Part shown: one piece after another, positions 60,064 through 64,000 of the stretch | Layout: each line of letters opens with the position of its first letter | Numbering within the stretch: the first letter of the stretch is position 1 | Assembly: GCA_020137815.1 (NCBI GenBank) | Contig: CM035355.1 | Coordinates: 1,302,001-1,366,000, forward strand | Direction: 5' to 3' | Origin: Hormiphora californensis | Taxonomy: Eukaryota; Animalia; Ctenophora | Length of the DNA: 64,000 nt | Notes under the pieces: model-generated | What the model saw: only the letters and a program-made list of their open reading frames with translations | What the model was told of the DNA's origin: nothing | Databases searched by the model: none | Position numbers and translations under genes: made by a program

Positions 60064-60411
60064 GGAGAGAAAGAGAGAGAGAGAGAGAGTGATCGCTAAT
60101 TATTCATATGTCGTTGTGCTTGTTTACGTTGTTGGATTGCACTCGATCGGACAGATCGTAGTGAGCTCACTTCACCATATATGTATCAACCTGTACCGTA
60201 CATATAACTAATGTAATACCGCCTGGTCGGACTCCAATTGTTGTTGTTAATTATGTCGGTTCTCGGAGCCATATTTCTTTAGCTAGCTTGCTCTTTAGAA
60301 AATTGGTGTCAATACTTCTGCCCACTTTGAGTTGATTACGGCTGATCTTGGGACGCCACACGACATACAGCTAGATCTATTATCTTATCGCTATCAATAA
60401 CTCAAACAACC

Positions 60412-62177
60412 ATGCTAGCCATTATCATGGCTCGTTCGCCACTGGTTCTAGTAGGGGCACTTTTCCTGGTATCCACGGGAGTGCTAGGGCGAAATCTTCA
60501 AGACCCGGAATTCAAGCCAGTACCAAGGGTCGTTAATGGGGACGATGCTTCAGTGGGGGACTTCCCTTTCTTGGTAAGATACCTATCAGGTTGGAGCTTA
60601 GTCAAAAGACCTTGCGAATTCAGTCGAATTTTAAATGTATTTTAGCTCAATTATACAAAGCATCACTTGAAGAAGGAAACTATATAATCCCTTTGCGTGC
60701 AGGTTCTGATTTTGGCGACTTCCGCCTATGGTGCTGATGGGGAGTCTATGAACCAGTGTGGTGGTTCTAATTATCAGTGACAGGATTATACTGACTGCCG
60801 CTCACTGTGTTGTTAGAGACATCGCCGTCACAGATTCCTCAGGTTCAACAACCGACGAAACTTTCTTTCCTTCTGCTATCACCGTAAGTTTTTGATTTTT
60901 GTCCGTGCGAACGCAGACACAGTGTCCTAGCTGCGACTCACCGTAAGTGCCGACACGAATGTTAGCTGCAATGTAAGTGCCACACACTACAATGGACGTC
61001 ATGAAGTTAATTAATTAGTCTTGTCGTCCTTCGGTTAACTACCTAACCTAGCCCGTCAGACACCGTGCAACTGCAAGGTATACGTTCTCTTAAAACACTA
61101 AAAACTACTGAGTATTCCACACTTCTCGTAGGTCACAGCCGGGGAGGGCGATCAGACTACCGACGAGAGTTCAGAACAAACCGTAACGGCTTCTGGAATT
61201 ATCGTACATGAGGATTACGATGGCACCACTGTCGCTAACGACATAGCCCTGATCATCCTTGACAAGGCTCTTACCCTAAACACCAAAGTCGCGAAGATCG
61301 AACTACCCGAAGGGGACGCGAGTTCTTTCTATGCCGACGGTGCCGCTATTACCGTTGCAGGTTAGTGGATGAGATGGTGAAGTACTTTAGTACTTGTTTC
61401 ACTAACTAGATAAGTTCATCATGACCTCATTGAAAATGCCTGGCCACGCACAACAGCGTTTACCTCGTGGAAGTGCACCATTGAAATCTGGGCCCCTGAT
61501 ATAAATTGTAGAAATCGTGCCAATCTGGGTCCTTTACTATATTAATATACTAATCCTTTAGTTAGTACGAGAGTTCTCTTCTTATTCTCGACAATGGAAG
61601 CTAATTGATTTACACATCGTCTAATGTGGTAACTTCCTATAGAGTGCTGATGGTAACCGTCGATAAAGGAACGATGAAATATATCTAAAACACTTGCCTT
61701 ATTATCCCACTATTTCAGGATGGGGAACAACGGAGACGGGAGACATCTCAGATACGATAAAGAGTCTGGCCTACGAGGTAAAGACTGATGCTGCCTGTAA
61801 GGAAGAGTACAGTGACTTGTTGGATGGTATGCTGTGCACGGGCAAGAAACCAATGACCAGTAAAAGGGCAGGAACTGGTGATTCTGGTAAGTTTCCCAGG
61901 GAAAATTTCCCTCTAGTTGTGTCCCCTAGAACCTGTCAGAGCATTAGCCTATAGAACTGTGTTTCTTGTTTGAGATACCCCTCACAACAACCAATAAGTG
62001 ACTCAACAATGACCTGATCCCTTCTCAGGTGGTCCCCTATTCACCAAGAACAATACAGAGTGGCTGCAGTTGGCTCTGGTTAGCTGGGGTCCCTCTGAGA
62101 TCACTGAAACTTCCTGGGATGTTAACAGTAATGTTAACTACTACAGAGACTGGATCACAACCAACATGAATGCGTGA
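60412..62177 (+). CDS. Secreted S1A (trypsin-fold) serine protease, 5 exons
   Basis: Signal peptide, R|VVNG activation site, QCGGS..TAAHC (one-base frameshift near 60770), DIAL, GWG, GDSG/GP, SWG, ...DWITTNMNA*. Confidence 0.92.
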
Positions 62178-62799
62178 GTGGAGAGTGAGATTGTTACCTT
62201 AACTAGGGAGAGGGAAATATACAATGGGAACAAGAATAACTGCATTATGATTCATAATGCTGTGTTTCCCCTAATAATTAGGGGAGAGGGAAAACTATTT
62301 CTGATAGTCTTATAGTGATCATAAATAAGTTTCACGTTTGTTTAAAACCACAGGTAACTGCAAACTAACTCATGATCTTTGTTCAGTGCCTTTACTGAGT
62401 ATAACGTTGAGTACCAAGCCAAGGATACAGCTCAAACCATTACCATCTCGGACATGAGGAACAGGCTTTACAAAGTAATGACTTTCGTTCCTGCAACTAG
62501 CACGAAATATGCTTCAATCAGTAAGTTGAGATTTGGGTATGAGACTTTCTTGGTGGGATCACATCAAACCAATCAAATTTAGACTTAAGTGCTTGGGTAT
62601 GATAGTAGCTGTAATTGATATATTATTGAGGACAGGTACTGAGACATTCACTTTCGAGTTCTTCGCTTTAAAACCATCACCATCCATCTCAAAATTCATT
62701 TTCCCATCAAGTGACTTGCGGTATTCATTACTCGCCTGACAAATTGGACAATTTAAATTTTAAGAAACCTCCACTCAATCAATCTGAGTTCTCTCTCTC

Positions 62800-62861
<62 letters not shown>

Positions 62862-62866
62862 CTCTC

Positions 62867-62907
<41 letters not shown>

Positions 62908-63823
62908 CTCTCTTTCCAGCAATTAAAAGTGGAGACATGAAGGAAGCGGACTTTGTAATGCTCTACGACGGAAAGGACATGTCTACGGCCAAAATGATCG
63001 CTCAACTATCGGGAACTTTGAAGGTACTAACCGGATGAATTTAGGTATTCTGTACAGATTTGTAGATATGGTGGTCGGGTTGAAATCTGTACAGATACGT
63101 GCAGAGTTACTTTAAAAACCGTATTACTGATCTTCGGAACCTTTAGTTTACTAATTAAATATATTACCTGACCTAATCCTCCGTTTTCTAATAGGAAACA
63201 ACGTACACTGCATCTACCACTTCCGGTCTCACCCTTGTAATAATGACTAGTAGCGCTGACAAGAGCACTGGACTGAGCTTTGAAATTAGACAAGTGGGTG
63301 CTGCAGGAGCCTTTACAGAAACATCGTGTGCTAAAGGGTAAGTGATGCTTCATGAATAACTCTTTCAGTCTTGCTCCCTTATTTTCTTGGTAACGCAGTT
63401 CCCCCTACATTGCGGGCACGCTAAAACGTGCCTTACTATCGCAATGCCCTATGTAGACAGAGGGGTAACTTCGTTACCAACTTATTTTCAAGGTTTTGGA
63501 ATACATACTATAAATGTAGACAGATAAGAGGGAGAGAGAGGGACAATGCATAATAGAAAAAGAGAATGACTAAGAGAGAGAGAGTAAGAGACAGAAATAG
63601 TTGCGTGTGTGCCAGCAAGAGAGATCCTGTGGAGTGTGCAGATGTTGGGCATGGTGTACCCTCTCTTACCGGGAAGGAGGAGGGAGAGAATAAGTGAAAG
63701 AGATGTCTCTGTGAAACAACGAGTGGTTCGCTTTCTTAGGATTACCTACGTCCTGCGATCAGTACCTACGGAAAAGTATTTAGAACACACCACTATGTAA
63801 CCATACCAACCAGTAAAGTCCAT

Positions 63824-63957
63824 TTTTATTCAACTGTTCACCCCTCAACTCATGCGCGTGCGATATTTTTATTTACGCTGTGCGCGCTACACGTTAACAT
63901 GTGATAAACGCGCAAAACAATTCCGCGCACGACTTTGGGGGTGAACAGTTGAAAAAA
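63824..63957. mobile_element. Small MITE-like inverted repeat
   Basis: TTCAACTGTTCACCCCTCAACTCATGCGCG / CGCGCACGACTTTGGGGGTGAACAGTTGAA. Confidence 0.6.
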
Positions 63958-64000
63958 AAATGGAGTATAGTCACGGAGCTATGATCACTCTGAAACAGTT

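Noticed and set aside
60760-60790. Frameshifts in the protease, ABHD14-like and ZZ exons as evidence of pseudogenes
   Set aside because: Single-base indels at short homopolymers in an error-prone assembly; motifs and splice sites are otherwise intact.
59500-63360. Coding-looking stretches at about 59514-59960, 62379-62740 and 63027-63353
   Set aside because: No recognisable motifs or consistent splice model; they need a homology search.

Overview
Eukaryotic (animal) genomic DNA with short introns, many (CT)n/(AG)n microsatellites and dense DNA-transposon content. The recurring TACAGTCGGACCCCGATTTAG MITE suggests a cydippid ctenophore (my recollection, unverified). Four host genes can be reconstructed, all on +: a type IV diacylglycerol kinase (about 3983-19603), a dystrobrevin/dystrotelin-like EF-hand+ZZ gene (from 22412), an ABHD14A-like hydrolase lacking its catalytic Ser and His (29264-30946), and a secreted S1A protease with an unusual S1 pocket (60412-62177). 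The most striking region is 34541-40154, a nest of DNA transposons. At its centre is a spliced, apparently catalytically intact Chapaev/RAG1-core-like transposase with TIRs of about 670 bp, a CACGGTG terminus and a second, antisense ORF. Several 0.6-1.6 kb foldback elements with different ends and TSDs (TTAA, TA, 8 bp, CTA) share internal modules, and a CR1-type LINE fragment is also present. Large parts are low-quality assembly: about 4300-9000 and 42150-43630 are homopolymer-garbled, and 45774-58440 (after a 100-N gap) is a noisy reverse-complement copy of about 330-11930, most likely a mis-oriented contig overlap.
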